In this document: one piece after another, positions 60,020 to 64,000 of the stretch | Numbering within the stretch: the first letter of the stretch is position 1 | How the letters are laid out: every line of letters starts with the position of its first letter | Assembly (NCBI GenBank): GCA_051530055.1 | Contig: CM121342.1 | Location: 1,584,797 to 1,648,796 of the forward strand | Direction: 5' to 3' | From: Neoechinorhynchus agilis | Lineage: Eukaryota; Animalia; Acanthocephala | Length of the DNA stretch: 64,000 nucleotides | Position numbers and translations under genes: made by a program | The notes under the pieces: generated by a model | The model's input: the letters and a program-made list of their open reading frames with translations, nothing else | Database searches by the model: none | What the model was told of the DNA's origin: nothing

Positions 60020-60830
60020 ATATTAAAATAACACGTTTATTGTTAAAAATACAAAGAATAGGAGGATCCAGGTTGGACGGTCCGTTCTGGTGGGAATTGG
60101 AGTTTATTGCTTGCAGGAGCGCTTGTAAGGTTGGTCTTTCCTCAGAATCATTTCAGGTTATGATATCCGAGAAGATTTGGCAGCATGAAAAAAGGAGCGT
60201 GGATTTAGGGAGGTGCGAGGTTCATGGAGGATGAAACGAATTAGGATTACGAGTGTTGTACTCGTGTGAGAAGGGGACGACACGTGGTAGAAATTGTGGT
60301 GGTAGGGGTTTATAGACGTTTTGTTTGTTTGATGAAAATTACATCAAGGCATTCGGTGAGAGGGGGAAGTCAGCTATGCAAATTTTATATGCTCTTTTAT
60401 GAACAATTTCAAGACGGCGGATTAGCGATTTGGAAAGGTTGCAGAATACAGGATAGCCGTAGGCGAGGGAAGGTAAAATAAAGCAGAAGTAAAATTTGTA
60501 GAGATCGTGTGAAGGGATTCCTAAATGTCGGAGGCGTTTGAGGAGACAAATTTTAAATGTGTTGTGCTTGAGGAAGAGAGCGATGTGCGAGTCCCATTTC
60601 AAATTTGATTGAAATCGGATACCCAGAATTCGGAGGGAGGTTAGTCGTAGGATGTCACTTAGAAGCTCAGGCGGTGATGTGGCGTTCCGGGAGAGAGGGG
60701 ACCATTTCGAAGCATTTAGAGAAATTGAGGTGGAGTTTATGATTGGTGCAGAAATCTTTTGTGTGTGTAATTTCTTTAGAATTTAAGGAAAGGGAGAGGA
60801 GGGGTGGCTAATGGGTGATCAGGGTGAAGA
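60020..60830 (-). mobile_element. CR1/L2-like LINE 3' remnant (RT C-terminal region and 3' UTR)
   Basis: LKWDSHI...LLKRLRHLG..DLYKFYFCFILPSLAYGYPVF..LEIVHKRAYKI is typical of the post-RT region of these LINEs. Confidence 0.8.
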
Positions 60831-60989
60831 AAAAAACAGCGTTCAATCGCGTTTGTTAAAACGACTATTTTGACAAAAAAATTGATAATGGTTCAAGTAT
60901 AAAACGCTTTTAAAATACTATTTCTTGAGGTTACGGTAGATCCGATCGTTATAGCTTTATTTTTAAATATAACGCTCTCGAGTACTCCC

Positions 60990-62184
60990 TTAAAACCTCC
61001 GCACAAATAACCCAGTCCAATCGAGCTTTTCTCCTCTTCTTAAAGAATGAATAAAATCCCAACTGTGTCCAAATGCCTCTATGATATCCTGTAATTTATC
61101 GTAAGATACATCTTTTGTGATGTTTGAGTATGGCCAATAAGGCAATTTCACTTCCATTGGCCTCGAATCCGTCCTTTTTTCATCAAACTTTTTCTCCTTG
61201 CAAATCCAAACGACAGCCCTTTTTCTAAACGGAAATTCTTTATAATATTGAAAGAACTGTTGAAGTATATAGGGAATTGAGAGTTCCTTTAGTTGTAAAA
61301 AGCATTTGACCGTCATGATGATCCATGCGATCGAGGGGATCGAATTGATGTTTCCGGCAATGTCATTTGATTGAGCCCAGAGTTTTATACATCTAACCAG
61401 TATTCCGAATTTGCTGCCATAAGGACCGGTAACGACATTGCTTATCTCAAAATTAAATTCATAGGATGCAATGAGAGGCAGTGTGTCTTCGTCAGCAATT
61501 AATGAACTCAGGCAATTGGTGATCATTGAGTGTGACATAAGTTTTGCATCGATCATAAGACGAGCATAAATGAAATCCAATTTGATATCAAACAGAAAAA
61601 AAGACAGGACTTTAAAGCTGCTATGTTGAACTACACGTGCCTTTATGCAATGGTAATATAGAAGATAATCTCTGAATCGACTCATAAAATCTTCCTCGGT
61701 AATTGTAATCGGACCTGTGACCAGCACGTCGATATCTGATGAACTCATGTCAACGTCCAGGAACGTTGAACCCGTTAAAAGAGTAATTGCATCAGGTACC
61801 GCGATCTTAACCCACGAACAAGCGATCTTGGTTGTTCTGGACCTTTTGGAGATGACGCGGAGGGTAGGTTGAGCATGTATCTCAATCATGTAATTAAATA
61901 GACTTTTCAAAGACTGTTTAAGATCGCATAGTGGTCTATTAGTGAATGGGTAAAGACACTGCCGAACGGATCTATTGTAACGACCGCGCATCCGTATCTT
62001 CTCCAAGAGGGAATGATTTGAACCAATTTAAGAGATAAGATTGAATGACGTGGTCATGGTAACCAACCAAAATCGTAAGCTGGACAGTTCCATTGGAATC
62101 CCCAACAATGTATATCTCACTAATGATTCTGTTTCGGTAGAAAGGATACTTTCTTTTAGCAGTTTTGCCACCCCAAATTAAAGT
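60990..62184 (-). CDS. poly(A) polymerase-family nucleotidyltransferase lacking the RNA-binding domain, with an upstream E2/UEV-like exon
   Basis: GSTFLDV..SSDIDVL, third Asp in IKLDFIY, VRCIKLWA and PYWPYSNIT..VS. A 49-nt GT-AG intron (61984-61936) joins an upstream open frame. Further 5' exons toward 62568 are possible. Confidence 0.8.
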
Positions 62185-62699
62185 TCACTATTTTATTTCC
62201 CCGATACTTTGCCTCTCGGATAATTCCGACATTTCCTCAAGGTTGGCATTGTTAAAGTGCCTTTTTCACACTTAGACCTTAAAGTGCGAAAAAGACACTT
62301 AAACACCGACACTCTAAAATCAACAACCGCATTAAATGAACAAATCCGACCCAAATGTACATGGGTCCTGTCCCTTGTTAATGAACAAATAAACGTGATT
62401 TAATTCAAAAACTCTACCATTTTACTGCCTCGAACATCATAGATGAGCCCTCTGCGGCTCCCCACAGATGGACCACCCATTCCCTGTACGTCTGCCCTTG
62501 CATTTGCAGATTGAAAAATCGATACTTAGCGCTGTTGGTTGATTAGGACATTCGTCGAACGATGACATGATTGGACACCGACTTTGATTAATAATGGAAA
62601 CGGCGTAACTTAATAATAATATATAATATATTTATTTATCATGGTTTTAGAGCGCAATCGTGACTTATCGAACAGATTAACGGTTTGGTGAGAGAATAC

Positions 62700-64000
62700 C
62701 TGTCATGTTGTCCATCGCCCAATTCTGGGTTCACAGAACTTCTTTAACTCTCCGGCCCAGGAAAATAGGAGGGAATCTAGGTGCTGGGTGAAGGCGTCTA
62801 TAAAGGAGGCCTTATGTTCGGGGGGGCGACCTCTGGAAAAGAAGACAAGGCCGGGGATACATCAGGTTTTCCAAATAGCTTGCGCTTGTAACGAGTTCAG
62901 GCCTAGTTTCATCGCTCGGTTGGCCATTTTTTGCCCACTTTTAGCAACCTTTTCAACTTATTGATATCGGTTCTGGGTGACAGATTGACCGTTAACGTAT
63001 GTCCAAGAATGCGTAATTTTAGTGGAGTATTGGCATTATCCGCTCGCTTCTGATTCAAGGGGTTCATTAGATTGTTAAAAAATGATTTGAGATCCCTTCG
63101 AAGTTTACCTGAGCGAACCTTGAAGATACAGAACGATTTGGAGGGATTGAGGGATAAATTCATACGAGGTAAGACTACATTGAGGTAGTGGATGCACTGC
63201 TCAATCAAACTTTTGAGTTTGAAAGCTCTGTGCGCAGAGAATACGAAAGTTAAGTCATCCGCATAACAGGTTATAGAAACATTACGGGTTTTGAAATTTT
63301 TAACTATATACTGCGAAGCAAGTAGAAACAGGATCGGGGAAAGCGGTGAACCTTGTGGGACACCCGTGGTCATGTAATAGGTTGATTTCGAAGCATCATC
63401 CTCGTAAAAGAAGGACTTGGTAAAAAGAATATTGTGAATTCGGGAGATCAAATTATGAGGGACGCTAAAAAATTCTAATATCTCCATAATAAAAGACAAA
63501 GATATCTTGTCGAACGCTTGAGATAGATCAACAGCCATTATGGCTTTCAAGGGTAGATTGGTGTTAGTGAAGTTATCGTAAATATTGGTTAAAGCAGAGT
63601 GTACGGATTTCCCCTTTTGAAAACCGTGGCAATTAGTCGATATGCAGCTATTTTCTGTTATAAAGGCTCTCAAGCGAAGTGCTAAGGCTCGTTCGTAAAT
63701 GGTTACAAAGGGGTTCTGTAGGGAAATTGGGCGGAGATCCTTAGGCTGAGAGACTGACTTTTTCCCATTTTTAATAAGAAAAATACGCCGAGCCACATTA
63801 ATCTCTCTCCAAGCATAAGGGGAGCAGTTCAGCATTAATTCGGCCAACCTTAGGATGCAGTCCCAGGGAAGTAAAGTAAAGATTTTGGTGCCTGAGCTTG
63901 AGTTGGAGGATGCCAATTTCGGATTGTCGGACCATACTTTTAGGATGTCACTTAATAAAATATCTACACGACCGGCAAAGACCCGTCGAAAGATTGTCAC
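62700..64000 (-). mobile_element. non-LTR retrotransposon reverse transcriptase, decayed, runs off the window
   Basis: DLRPISL, HGFQKGKS, VDLSQAFD, GVPQGSPLSPILF, YADD and LNPSKS. A frameshift near 62920 and stops interrupt the thumb region. Confidence 0.9.

Noticed and set aside
62141-62149. GTATCCTTT on the minus strand as a second U12 donor
   Set aside because: It lies inside the open frame encoding KYPF, and no matching acceptor is needed.

Overview
Eukaryotic (metazoan) genomic DNA: AT-rich, gene-dense, with very short spliceosomal introns (mostly about 22-60 nt GT-AG) and fast-evolving proteins. The taxon cannot be fixed from this window. Genes recognised by manual translation and splicing: RIC8, a C-terminally short UVSSA, an intronless E2 enzyme, TFIIF-beta (GTF2F2), NELFB, a divergent TSPO, a membrane-anchored trehalase, DCTN6, TRMT6, a GSK3-like kinase with defective splice junctions, and a poly(A)-polymerase-family nucleotidyltransferase that appears to be spliced to an upstream E2/UEV-like segment. 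There is also a 3126-aa ORF built from 46-aa SPRK-containing repeats and several unassigned multi-exon genes. Repeats include a tRNA-derived SINE family, decayed non-LTR retrotransposons (RTE-like endonuclease, CRE-like, CR1/L2-like, another RT), at least five palindromic MITE-like families, a 179-bp satellite inside an intron with a U12-type donor, and a 277-bp satellite whose units carry CRE palindromes. All homology calls come from remembered family motifs, not database searches; exon models are manual.
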